Below the pieces are notes generated by a model. It saw nothing but the letters and a program-made list of their open reading frames with translations. It had not been told where the DNA came from and did not search any database. Below are positions 40,701 through 49,050 of a stretch of 64,000 bases of DNA, in pieces. Source of the DNA: Candidatus Algichlamydia australiensis (lineage in GTDB: Bacteria; Chlamydiota; Chlamydiia; Chlamydiales; JAJFMI01); NCBI GenBank assembly GCA_033977065.1, contig JAXCHI010000004.1:32001-96000 (forward strand), written 5' to 3'. Within the stretch, counting starts at the first letter, position 1. Each line of letters opens with the position of its first letter. Made by a program: the position numbers and the translations under genes.

Positions 40701-41391
40701 GACGGATAGCAAGAGAGTAGGGGTTGTTTTGCGCTTTGATTGTGACGCCTTTTCCCTCTAATCTTCCCGAGTTTTCTACAAGACCAGCAGACTCAACATC
40801 TGTTAAGATCGCAAGCTTTTCTGATTTATTGGGTGTAATCAGAATTTTATTTCCGCAGCCAATCGCAACGTGTCCCGACTTAGCTGAAACGCATCCTGAA
40901 TTTTTTACTTGATTTGCAATGAGGTAGACATTCCCACTCACTCCCTCAATCGTGCCCAAGTTCACAATTTCTCCACCGCTGCCAGTAAAGAGCATCTCCT
41001 GTTTGCCGAAGTAGTGGTCAGGGGAGTCGATCTGGTGAGTGGAGAGGAGAGAAGATTGCGCAGAAACCTTTCCCTCTTTTCCAACGACTATTCCATTTGG
41101 GTTGAGAAGGAAAATATGCCCATTTGACTCAAGTGTGCCTAAAATTTTTGTTGGATTTGTCAAAACGCGATTCAGGGTAGCGGAATCGCAGCTGGGTTGC
41201 ACAAAACGAAGAGTTTCTCCTTTTGGAACGTTTAACTCTTTCCATTTTAAATAGGTTTGCGATGAGTCCGTTTTGATCTCAAAGAGCTTTTTTCCTTTAG
41301 AAAAGTGTGCACTACCCCTTACAACCTCTGGATGTTGCGCAGAAATTGTAAACAGTACAGCAGTAGAATAGAGTAAAATTTTATTTATCAA
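37714..41391 (-). CDS. TpsA/filamentous haemagglutinin-like exoprotein (1225 aa)
   Basis: Signal peptide, LNRV, FLLNPNGI, GGLIEVSG..YDP, IGHG repeats, shared C-terminal domain. Confidence 0.88.
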   Translation of the reverse strand: MINKILLYSTAVLFTISAQHPEVVRGSAHFSKGKKLFEIKTDSSQTYLKWKELNVPKGETLRFVQPSCDSATLNRVLTNPTKILGTLESNGHIFLLNPNGIVVGKEGKVSAQSSLLSTHQIDSPDHYFGKQEMLFTGSGGEIVNLGTIEGVSGNVYLIANQVKNSGCVSAKSGHVAIGCGNKILITPNKSEKLAILTDVESAGLVENSGRLEGKGVTIKAQNNPYSLAIRHTGIIDATEVNSTDSGVFLIAEKARVLVEEKGKILAPGSQVQLLGHEVYLKDESVIDVSSNQGAGSVYIGGGFQGKEPQLLNSKITYMGENAKISANSYESGNGGTIVLWSDGVTGFFGSLSAEAGANCGDGGLIEVSGVENLIPRGKTSTRAPSGKLGMTLYDPTDITISAAATSGGAFVGGVFVPSAGSANILNTDLYSELNSSNVTINTSSAFAGSGDISFTAAFDYNATAGGGGLTLIADQDINVSADTDFTFVLTDNNSMTFTAARDINISDNLLVENLQNFTMTATTGDVNVSTATNLDCNNTVQININAGNNFFIGNSTTLPGQINTGTSGTITITAGNDATILGRIENNINGDISLTATRDVKIGPSTTPTNGQSRSRIGTLFGDVTVIAGRDLILEAGDTNDDAFAQIGFNAPSIDSDIYLTVGRDLTLISATGNTGADDGFALIGHGGSAGNTAGLKEGDIIINSIGRDLTLTARGLTGQTECFTQIGHTHVDDADVVTLRGDIRGPTPGSYVPITGKVTLQGGVEVQAYALIGHGGSNVTGNLFLEGNILIEADEFEINGGVDQDTAAGIGFRTRFSGGSPRTCTISDASVKVKSTGEINLVAGNAGGASGAAFIGGYVNTTSNARFGAIDISEIDVQAGTNLNLLGGLSAANENLAIIGAKTVNTIANPNTSPGTSRSSLTITTGGDFNVTSRNGEAAIVQNGDTPTPGRTFLLNIGRDFLLFGQDEGVLVNAIDTGTINVGRNLSLYSGTEDTTINAESTLNVTASQDILLFGQNFGMTFSEALIHNQSGDLTVKAGRDITLQPFGSIRTEGTGDTAIVVDNRFPSSPSVGPGEFSMNANSSVGSVGGPTLRIFTADRTQNSISDLALINGTTFVPGTLFVDSATEIWQTYFPSSLGGTPFTIFYKNGPSSSSTLPNLITILNEDPRFFFANYEMFWKPFYRYFLLGQLPDSPWPNVNCQVECAQEGDTSCSCPSSLQPYQE

Positions 41392-41437
41392 AACAAAAGT
41401 TATATTTATGCAACCCTACTAATAAATAAATAATCAT

Positions 41438-43279
41438 TTACTGTAAACTGATTGAGTTTGCCTCTGTAGCTTCAAAATTAATAAGAGTGATAGTGGGAGC
41501 TGTTAAGTTAAAAAAGCTGGAATTTGAACTCTCTGCTTTTCCCTTAAAGAGAATGGTATTTGTCGCCTCGATATCAGCCCCGTGAGAATCAGAGAAATGA
41601 AAGAAGGCGTTGCTACCTTCTAAAAAGCAAGCAGTATCAGTTACATTGATTGCAACACTCTTTGAATTGTTAAGTGTAAACTCGCTTTGCACATTAAATA
41701 TTTGGGTATGAGCGGTCAAGGCTATGTCAGTAAGAGAGAAAGGAGCTTGAAAATGTACCATATCTGTGGCGTTTAGTGTTAAAGCATTTCCATTTGTAGG
41801 ATCCCCTTTATAAAAGAAGCTTGCTGAGAAGAGGATGGCGTAGTCGGCATTTAGAGTGAGATTTCCTACAGAAGGGCTTTGTGCTGTATAATCAAAATTG
41901 CTTGTAACTTCAATGATTCCGGGCTGATTCTCATCAGAAGTCGTTGAGATGATGACGTTCGCACTGTCTAAAGCGGAATAGAGATCGTCTAAATTGAGCA
42001 TTGCTGTTGGAAGTGTTGGCGTGAAGACATCGGGATTTTCAGAGTTAAATGAGCCCCCAATAGTAGAGGCGTTAGAGATCTGAATATTGGAAGGGTCGAT
42101 GAGAAATGTACCCATTTCTCCATTTTCTGCTTGTGCGTCGACTTCGCCCTGGTAGACCCACCCCTCTCTTCCTGAAATCTCAATAAATCCGCCATTACCG
42201 CGTTTCTCTCCACCTGTCACAGAGGCTTTGCCGAGGAAAGTTGTCTGCTCCTCTGACCAGACAATAATTTTTCCCCCATCGCCTTCAATACCGGCATCTG
42301 CAAGCAGCAGAGCTCCCTTTTCTACAGTTGTTTTTTTCGCATTTTGCAGCAAGGGGTCTTCTCCTCTCTCTCCTCCGCCTATAAATAGGCTGCCACCACC
42401 AGAGTTTGCAGAAAGAGAGATAAGAGCATCCTCTGCGATGAGTACCTCATCGCCTAAAATAGTCGCACTGGCATGCGAATTTTCTCCAAGAATTTTTGCT
42501 CCCTTATCAACTAGAGTCTTGCCCCTTTCAGCAGAGAGAAGAACTTCTCCGCCCTCTGTAGAAATTGTTGTTGCATCAATGAGACCACTGTGTCGAATGG
42601 CAACAGAATAGGGATTGTTTTTAGCCCGAAGAGAGATTTTTTCTGCAATAAGAGCGCCCGAATTTTCAATACTCCCGAGCTCCTTAGCATCCATTTCAAT
42701 CACAAATTTTTCAGATTCAGAAGGCTGTATAAGAATTTTGTCAGCTGCACCGAGACAGATTGCCCCACTTTTTGCTTCGATAGTACCCGCATTTTCTACA
42801 GCTGTTGAGAGCAGAAAGACACTTCCATGAAGCGCCTCAATAGAGCCCAAGTTGACAACAGCCCTCTCTCCACCAGCAAGCTGCATCGGCTCACCCGAGA
42901 AAAATGCATCTGGATTTTTTAACTCATGAGTGGCAGCAAAAAAACTCCCGACACGAACTTTGGCATCTTTTCCAATGAGAATCCCATTTGGATTAAGGAA
43001 AAAGAGCTTTCCGTTTGACTCCAATGAGCCTAATATTTCTGTCGGATCGTAAAGGACTTGATTGAGAACAGCGGATAAATGATCGGGTTGATGAAAGTAG
43101 ACAGAGGCCTCTTTCGGGATGGAGAATCTCTCCCATAAGATATGCGTTTTGTTATTGGCAGTTTTTACCGTAAGCCCTTTTTCGTTGCGGGCAAACTTTG
43201 CCTCTCCGCTCAAAACTTTTGGGTTAATTTGGTGGCTGCTTAGTGCAGAAGTTAAAAGGGCAAGATAAATCAACTTCAT
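41438..43279 (-). CDS. Short TpsA-like exoprotein (613 aa)
   Basis: Signal peptide, WERFSI, FFLNPNGI, GGFIEISG..LIDP. Confidence 0.85.
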   Translation of the reverse strand: MKLIYLALLTSALSSHQINPKVLSGEAKFARNEKGLTVKTANNKTHILWERFSIPKEASVYFHQPDHLSAVLNQVLYDPTEILGSLESNGKLFFLNPNGILIGKDAKVRVGSFFAATHELKNPDAFFSGEPMQLAGGERAVVNLGSIEALHGSVFLLSTAVENAGTIEAKSGAICLGAADKILIQPSESEKFVIEMDAKELGSIENSGALIAEKISLRAKNNPYSVAIRHSGLIDATTISTEGGEVLLSAERGKTLVDKGAKILGENSHASATILGDEVLIAEDALISLSANSGGGSLFIGGGERGEDPLLQNAKKTTVEKGALLLADAGIEGDGGKIIVWSEEQTTFLGKASVTGGEKRGNGGFIEISGREGWVYQGEVDAQAENGEMGTFLIDPSNIQISNASTIGGSFNSENPDVFTPTLPTAMLNLDDLYSALDSANVIISTTSDENQPGIIEVTSNFDYTAQSPSVGNLTLNADYAILFSASFFYKGDPTNGNALTLNATDMVHFQAPFSLTDIALTAHTQIFNVQSEFTLNNSKSVAINVTDTACFLEGSNAFFHFSDSHGADIEATNTILFKGKAESSNSSFFNLTAPTITLINFEATEANSISLQ

Positions 43280-43288
43280 AATTTTTTT

Positions 43289-45028
43289 TTAGTAATTTGC
43301 AATGACGCCAAGATGCCACCTTCCAAAAGAGGCGTTTGGTTCAAATTGAGTTTTATTTAATTTAATCCCGTAGTCAACACGGACATATAAATGGGGATCG
43401 ACAACGAGTCGCAGGCCTGGTCCAACACCGCCAAGCCAATCAAAATTTTTGATTCCGGGAGTCTTTATGTGGTCCCATCCTGCGCCATAATCAAAAAAGG
43501 CGAGCAGGCGAAAGTATTTTCTAATCGCTGGAGTAATAAACTCTATACTACCCAAAAGACCATTATCTTTATTGACATCTCGATAATCGTAACCACGAAC
43601 GGTATCGTAGCCACCTAAACCAAATTGCTCACTTGCCAGGAGATTAGCGGAAGAGAATTGTGCTTTTAAGTGAAGAGAGAGGCCGAAATCATGGGGGAGA
43701 AGAAAATAGGGCTTAGCAGAAGCATTCGCATAAACATAGGTATTGTTGGCCTTGAATCGTAAAGATTCAAAGTCTGCTCTGGATTGATCATTGAAAATAC
43801 TACCAGGCATATAGTAAACGCCCGCCTCAAGAGGTACCTTTACATTCTCATGCTCGTAAATTCCAAAGTAGGTGAAAGCAAGTTGAGAGATTAAAGTTGT
43901 GCTCCCAATAAGAAGCTGGTCACCAAAGACAAGGTTCGTATTTGTACTTTTAAAATCGGCGCCAAAAGAGAGGTCATGCACATATTTTTGGCCTAAAGCG
44001 CGGAGAGGAAATGTGTAGCGCCCGCTTACCTGCCAAGCGTGTCCTCTATTGCGCATATTTGTAATCTCTTCAGTGGGCTTAAACTTTGAGTAACCCCCGT
44101 AGAATGTGAGGAGGTTTTTGCCATAAAAAGGAATGGCGTAACTTCCTGTAGAAGACCAGTAACGATTGAAGTTTGTCGACTCTGTTTGCTGAAATGTGAG
44201 GATATGTCCCAAGTTCCATACGTTAGCCCAGTTGAAGCCAGCATAGAGACGCCCCTTTCCTGTCGACTCGATCCCCGTATTATCAGCACCTGCATAGATT
44301 TGGAAAGTCCTGCGATCACGAACAACATAGTCAACAGAAGTTGTCATATCTTGCTCACCTGGTTTAAAGAGGACAGAAGCCTCTCGCATAGGATTTTTAT
44401 TGATCCAATAAAGATCGTTCGCAATGACACCCGTGTCGACACGATCACCGGGCTTCAAGTCAATTAAGTCTTCAAGAACACAAGTGGAAAAATGCGTATT
44501 GCAACTCACTGTAACAGCATCTACACAGCTCTCATGAACTTCGAATCGGAGCACACCTTCACTCACTTTTTGTTCAGGAGTTGTAATTAGAATAAAGGGA
44601 TGGGAATTTTCCCTATAAAAAGTTGTGATTGCTTCTTTTAAACAGGAGATTTGCTCTGGGCAGATGCCCTTTCCTATAAAAGGACGCAAACACTTAGCGA
44701 GCTTGCGAATGCTACAGGGAAGAGAGAGTCCACGTATTTCGACATTACAATCTTTTAAAATCGGCCCGTCTTTACAATAGGGTGACTCAATAATGATTTT
44801 TTCAATAATACCTGAATTGCATTCAGTTGTAACTGGACAGCACCCCTTCTGATCTTTTTCCTCAAGAGAGGGAAGGCCGCGCTCTTCTGGGGGAGTAATG
44901 CTCTCATACTCCTTTTCTGTTTTTTTGAGTGAGTCTACTGGTTGAAGCTCTGAGAATTCTACCTTCTCTATCTCGTGGGAGAAGAGGGAGATAAAGAAAA
45001 GATTTATAACTATAAATAAATTTCGCAT
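43289..45028 (-). CDS. TpsB (ShlB/FhaC/HecB family) secretion/activation outer-membrane protein
   Basis: POTRA-like region, DNTG..TG..R, EQFGLGGYDTVRGY motif, C-terminal aromatic residue. Confidence 0.92.
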   Translation of the reverse strand: MRNLFIVINLFFISLFSHEIEKVEFSELQPVDSLKKTEKEYESITPPEERGLPSLEEKDQKGCCPVTTECNSGIIEKIIIESPYCKDGPILKDCNVEIRGLSLPCSIRKLAKCLRPFIGKGICPEQISCLKEAITTFYRENSHPFILITTPEQKVSEGVLRFEVHESCVDAVTVSCNTHFSTCVLEDLIDLKPGDRVDTGVIANDLYWINKNPMREASVLFKPGEQDMTTSVDYVVRDRRTFQIYAGADNTGIESTGKGRLYAGFNWANVWNLGHILTFQQTESTNFNRYWSSTGSYAIPFYGKNLLTFYGGYSKFKPTEEITNMRNRGHAWQVSGRYTFPLRALGQKYVHDLSFGADFKSTNTNLVFGDQLLIGSTTLISQLAFTYFGIYEHENVKVPLEAGVYYMPGSIFNDQSRADFESLRFKANNTYVYANASAKPYFLLPHDFGLSLHLKAQFSSANLLASEQFGLGGYDTVRGYDYRDVNKDNGLLGSIEFITPAIRKYFRLLAFFDYGAGWDHIKTPGIKNFDWLGGVGPGLRLVVDPHLYVRVDYGIKLNKTQFEPNASFGRWHLGVIANY

Positions 45029-45065
45029 TCCCCCTTTCTATCAAAAAAAATCTCTGAGATCAAGC

Positions 45066-45095
45066 TTGAACAAAAATAATCCCTTCATCTATACT
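45066..45095 (+). promoter_or_regulatory. Putative sigma66/70 promoter for tRNA-Gln/rplY
   Basis: TTGAAC-18 nt-TATACT. Confidence 0.4.
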
Positions 45096-45142
45096 TGGCC
45101 TCTCAGGGAAAGACTGAGTTGTTCAGGCTTTCTTCATAGAGC

Positions 45143-45214
45143 TGGGGTGTAGCCAAGTGGTAAGGCAGCGGTTTTTGGTACCGCCATGCGCAGGTTCGAA
45201 TCCTGCCACCCCAA
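45143..45214 (+). tRNA. tRNA-Gln (TTG)
   Basis: TGGGGTG/CACCCCA acceptor stem, GCGGT-TTTTGGT-ACCGC anticodon arm, GGTTCGAATCC T loop. Confidence 0.97.
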
Positions 45215-45341
45215 AAAAAGTTTATAATGGTGAGATAGGCGTGTAGACCGTGGCTAATCTTTAGTCTCTATCTTCTTCAATTGTAGGGCATCTCGCCCTT
45301 ATCTCTCCGTTACTAAAAAGTTAAAAGAAGGAATGTGTCCA

Positions 45342-45902
45342 ATGACAACATTGAAGACGAGTAGCCGTGAAGGCAAAAAACGCAGTGAGCTAACGAAGAT
45401 TCGCCACGAAGGGGATATTCCCGCTGTATTTTATTCAGCTGGCGAGGAGTGCCACAACCTGCGCGTTGATGGTAGCGAATTTCGTGCGGCGTTGCGCGGA
45501 TTAAAATTAGGTCATCTGCCAACAACTGTTTTTGAAATTACCATAGGTGGAAAAAAACAGAAAGTGATCGTGCGTGACATCCAATACAAACCGACAACAT
45601 ATGAAATTTTGCATCTTGACCTTCACAAGCTTGATGACAAGCGCTTAGTGGAAGTCAATGTTCCAATTGAGTGTGAAGGTGTAGCCGATTCTGTCGGGAT
45701 TAAGCTTGGTGGTGTTTTGAGAAAAGTAAAACGTCACGTGAAAGTACGCTGTTTGCCGAAGGATATGCCTAAGCAGTTCACGATTGATGTGCGCAATCTT
45801 GCAATGAACCAGTCAAGCCGTGTAAATCAGCTTGATATTCCCAAGGGCGTAGAGGTTCTTTTAAAAGAGCAAGACGTTCTTGTGGTTATCGCGAAAAAGT
45901 AA
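45342..45902 (+). CDS. rplY: 50S ribosomal protein L25/Ctc
   Basis: IRHEGDIPAVFY, ILHLDL, GIKLGG. Confidence 0.95.
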   Translation: MTTLKTSSREGKKRSELTKIRHEGDIPAVFYSAGEECHNLRVDGSEFRAALRGLKLGHLPTTVFEITIGGKKQKVIVRDIQYKPTTYEILHLDLHKLDDKRLVEVNVPIECEGVADSVGIKLGGVLRKVKRHVKVRCLPKDMPKQFTIDVRNLAMNQSSRVNQLDIPKGVEVLLKEQDVLVVIAKK

Positions 45903-45905
45903 ACG

Positions 45906-46481
45906 ATGTATCTAGTTGTAGGTCTTGGAAACCCGGGTAAACGCTATGAACTTACGCGCCACAACATGGGATTTGAAGTGGTGCAAGGGCTAGCAAGTAA
46001 ACATGGGATGAGTTTTAAAAGCGCACAGCGCTTTGGAGCCGACCTTGCCAAGGGAGAACTTTTTGGCAAGGAGGTACTCATCGCTCTGCCGATGACCTAC
46101 ATGAATTTGTCAGGTAATGCAGTACGCAAGATTTTGGATTTTTACAAAATTCCAATTGAAAAACTGCTGGTTGTTGCCGACGATGTGGCAATAGATTATG
46201 GCCGACTGCGTCTGCGCACTAAAGGAAGTAGCGGTGGACAGAAGGGCCTGCAGCACATAGAGGAGCTTCTCTCTACAAAGGAGTATTCAAGGCTCCGTAT
46301 TGGAATTGGAGATAGAGAGCATGGCGATTTAGCCGACTATGTTCTGGGGAAATTAACAGAGGAGGAGCGAGAGCTTTTGCCTCAGATCGTAAGAGGCGCC
46401 ATAGAGGCAATTGAGACCTGGCTCGACAAGGGAACAGACGAGGCCATTCCTCTTGCAAACGGATTTATAACGGAGAATTAA
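45906..46481 (+). CDS. pth: Peptidyl-tRNA hydrolase
   Basis: VGLGNPG..TRHNMGF, PMTYMNLSG, RLRIGIG. Confidence 0.97.
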   Translation: MYLVVGLGNPGKRYELTRHNMGFEVVQGLASKHGMSFKSAQRFGADLAKGELFGKEVLIALPMTYMNLSGNAVRKILDFYKIPIEKLLVVADDVAIDYGRLRLRTKGSSGGQKGLQHIEELLSTKEYSRLRIGIGDREHGDLADYVLGKLTEEERELLPQIVRGAIEAIETWLDKGTDEAIPLANGFITEN

Positions 46482-46485
46482 TTAG

Positions 46486-46824
46486 ATGAAAGAGAGAAAC
46501 CAACTTTATGAGGGCATGTACATCATCAGCTCCTCTCTGAGTGAAGATGCGAGAGGCAAAGCCTTAAGTCGCATCACCTCTTCAATTGAAGAGCGCGGTG
46601 GAAAGATTGAGAAGACCCACGACTGGGGTCGTCGCAAACTTGCCTACGCAATTGATCGCAAAAAAGAGGGGCACTTCTACATCCTCTATTACCTACTACC
46701 AGCATCTCAAATGAAAGAACTTTGGCAAGAGTACAAACTGAATGAAGATCTCTTGCGCTTTATGACGCTGCAAGCGGATGAAGTAAAAGAGAAAATTGAA
46801 TTTAAACCCCTAAATCCGAGTTAA
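46486..46824 (+). CDS. rpsF: 30S ribosomal protein S6
   Basis: [16 protein letters not shown]. Confidence 0.97.
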   Translation: MKERNQLYEGMYIISSSLSEDARGKALSRITSSIEERGGKIEKTHDWGRRKLAYAIDRKKEGHFYILYYLLPASQMKELWQEYKLNEDLLRFMTLQADEVKEKIEFKPLNPS

Positions 46825-46828
46825 AGAT

Positions 46829-47074
46829 ATGTCTACAAAAAACGGTTACCCAAGCGGCTTTTCACGCAAGCGCAAAGGCTGCCCCTTTGTCTCTGCGGGG
46901 ATTAAAGAGATCGATTACAAAGATGTCGAGACACTCAAGCAGTTTATTACAGATCGCGGCAAAATTTTGCCACGTCGTATCACAGGAGTCTCTCACTACT
47001 TCCAAAAAAGATTAACCCATGCCATTAAGCGCGCGCGCTACATGTCATTACTGCCATTTTCGGCAAACGATTAA
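46829..47074 (+). CDS. rpsR: 30S ribosomal protein S18
   Basis: [21 protein letters not shown]. Confidence 0.98.
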   Translation: MSTKNGYPSGFSRKRKGCPFVSAGIKEIDYKDVETLKQFITDRGKILPRRITGVSHYFQKRLTHAIKRARYMSLLPFSAND

Positions 47075-47086
47075 GGGGCTAAAGTC

Positions 47087-47605
47087 ATGAAGCAGAAAGA
47101 ACTACTACTACTAGAAGATGTTGTGGGACTTGGTCGCAAAGGCGAGCTTGTTTCTAACATGAAACCGGGATATGTACGCAACTACTTACTCCCACAGCAA
47201 AAGGCTGTGATTGCAGACAAGCGCACACTTCGCATGCAGGAGCGTTTGAAAGCAGAGCGTGCAGCACAAGCGGCTTCAGATCGCAAAGCGTCTGAAGAGA
47301 TCAAAGCAAAAATTGATGGGAAATCTTTTGAAGTGACTGTCAAAGTTGATCCAGAAGGACACCTTTACGGTTCTGTCTCGACAGCAGATGTTCAAGCACT
47401 ACTTGAGCAAGAAGGAGTTCTAGTAGAGCGCCATATGATTCGCATTGGTGGTGCTATCAAAAAATTGGGAACACACAATGTTCCTCTTAAGTTAAAAGAA
47501 GATGTAACAGCAGCCGTTACATTGAAAATTCTTCCCGACCATCCAATTGAGGAAAAAAAGGAAGAAGCTACAAAGAGTGAAAAAGAAGAGCCCAGCGAAG
47601 GTTAA
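47087..47605 (+). CDS. rplI: 50S ribosomal protein L9
   Basis: LGRKGELV..GYVRNYLLP, LYGSV. Confidence 0.97.
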   Translation: MKQKELLLLEDVVGLGRKGELVSNMKPGYVRNYLLPQQKAVIADKRTLRMQERLKAERAAQAASDRKASEEIKAKIDGKSFEVTVKVDPEGHLYGSVSTADVQALLEQEGVLVERHMIRIGGAIKKLGTHNVPLKLKEDVTAAVTLKILPDHPIEEKKEEATKSEKEEPSEG

Positions 47606-48314
47606 CCTCTTTTTCCGCGTACTCAAAAAGCGCTCGGATGGCTACCACGAGATCTATACCCTGATGTGCAAGGTCCCTCACCTTGCAGATCTGGTCTCGG
47701 TAGAACTCTCCGAGCGTGATTTTTTGAGCTGCTCTAATCCCCAAATTCCTACAGACAAAACCAACCTTGCTTCCAAGGCTCTAAATCTTTTCCGCCAAGA
47801 GACCGGCTTAAGCTTTTCTGCAAACATTCATTTGGAGAAAGAGATTCCCGTCGAAGCGGGCCTTGGAGGAGGCAGCTCCAATGCTGCAACAGTTCTTACT
47901 CTTCTCAACAGCCTTCATAACAACCCACTGACAAAACAAGATTTGATGACCCTTGGTGCTAAACTTGGGAGCGATGTTCCCTTCTTCTTTGCTCAGCAAG
48001 CTGCTGTCGTCTCAGGAATGGGAGAGAAGGTGGAAGAAATCATTCTCCCAGATCTTGGTCAAATTAAAATTTTTAAACCTAGCTACGGCCTCTCTACAAA
48101 AGAGATTTACTCTCACACCACACCCCAAGCATCTCCAGATCCAGAACAGCTTTTGCAATCTTTTCTGTGTGGGACACCTCTGTTTCATAACGATTTAGAG
48201 AGTGCTGCTTATAAACTCCGTCCGGAGCTTTTTTCCTTTCGAAAAAACCTGGAAAAGCAGTATAATAGTACCTCCATGACAGGGAGTGGGACCGCACACT
48301 TCACTTTAATGTAG
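47577..48314 (+). CDS. ispE: 4-diphosphocytidyl-2-C-methyl-D-erythritol kinase
   Basis: PAKVNLF, IPVEAGLGGGSSNAA, LGSDVPFF, MTGSG; start uncertain. Confidence 0.95.
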   Translation: MKKKSPAKVNLFFRVLKKRSDGYHEIYTLMCKVPHLADLVSVELSERDFLSCSNPQIPTDKTNLASKALNLFRQETGLSFSANIHLEKEIPVEAGLGGGSSNAATVLTLLNSLHNNPLTKQDLMTLGAKLGSDVPFFFAQQAAVVSGMGEKVEEIILPDLGQIKIFKPSYGLSTKEIYSHTTPQASPDPEQLLQSFLCGTPLFHNDLESAAYKLRPELFSFRKNLEKQYNSTSMTGSGTAHFTLM

Positions 48315-48323
48315 GAGGGAATA

Positions 48324-48650
48324 ATGGCATCAACATTACCAGTTCAGGGATCAGAAACTCAAAATTATGTTGTGTACAAAACGAATGAAGAGTTAAAAGG
48401 GGTTCGTTTTGTTGCGCAGAATTTTCTGATTATGCCAGGAGCTTGTCTATCTTTAACTGAGTCAGAAGTTCAATGTAGGAATTTTATCTGTTTGGGTAGG
48501 CTAATTGAAGATTCCTCAAAATTTATAATTTCTGGTAAACATTTGTTTGCTTTTAATGGCAGCTTTGAAGAGCTAGCAAATATCATGCAGTTCACCCCAG
48601 AGGAGAGACTAAAAGCATCTCAAAAGTTTTATCCTGGAGGGGGATCATGA
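48324..48650 (+). CDS. Hypothetical protein
   Basis: Strong AGGAGG RBS; motif shared with the next ORF. Confidence 0.7.
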   Translation: MASTLPVQGSETQNYVVYKTNEELKGVRFVAQNFLIMPGACLSLTESEVQCRNFICLGRLIEDSSKFIISGKHLFAFNGSFEELANIMQFTPEERLKASQKFYPGGGS

Positions 48651-49021
48651 CAGCAGTTCCGGTTACTGATGAGAGTCGTTGCCTTGAAGGGCAGCAAGTT
48701 ACCGTTAGAGGCTCACTTTATGAAAGTTTGGTTGTATGTAAAGATCGTACAATCCAGAACGCAACTTTTCTAGCAAAGCATATTATCATTATGCCAAATG
48801 CTACGCTGTCTATAAAGAACGTAATTCTTTGTTGTGAGAGAGTAGTTGTTCTTGGGAAGTTAAAACATAAAAATCTTATACCTCATTTGAAAGGCGATTT
48901 TGAGCAAGATATGACCGATGATCCCAAAGAAATAGAGAAAGAGTTTGGGTTTTTTGAAGACGACAGTAAGCGTATTTCTTCAATTTTAAAAGAATTCAAG
49001 GAATTGAGAAAAAAAGATTAG
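48647..49021 (+). CDS. Hypothetical protein, paralogue of the preceding ORF
   Basis: ATGA overlap; shared IMPxAxLS..C..LGxL motif. Confidence 0.7.
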   Translation: MTAVPVTDESRCLEGQQVTVRGSLYESLVVCKDRTIQNATFLAKHIIIMPNATLSIKNVILCCERVVVLGKLKHKNLIPHLKGDFEQDMTDDPKEIEKEFGFFEDDSKRISSILKEFKELRKKD

Positions 49022-49050
49022 TCTGTCATCCTCGTATAAAAGGATAAGAG

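Noticed and set aside
37714..45028. Contact-dependent inhibition (CdiA/CdiI) interpretation of the TPS genes
   Set aside because: No VENN/pretoxin motif and no small downstream immunity ORFs; C-termini are conserved rather than polymorphic.
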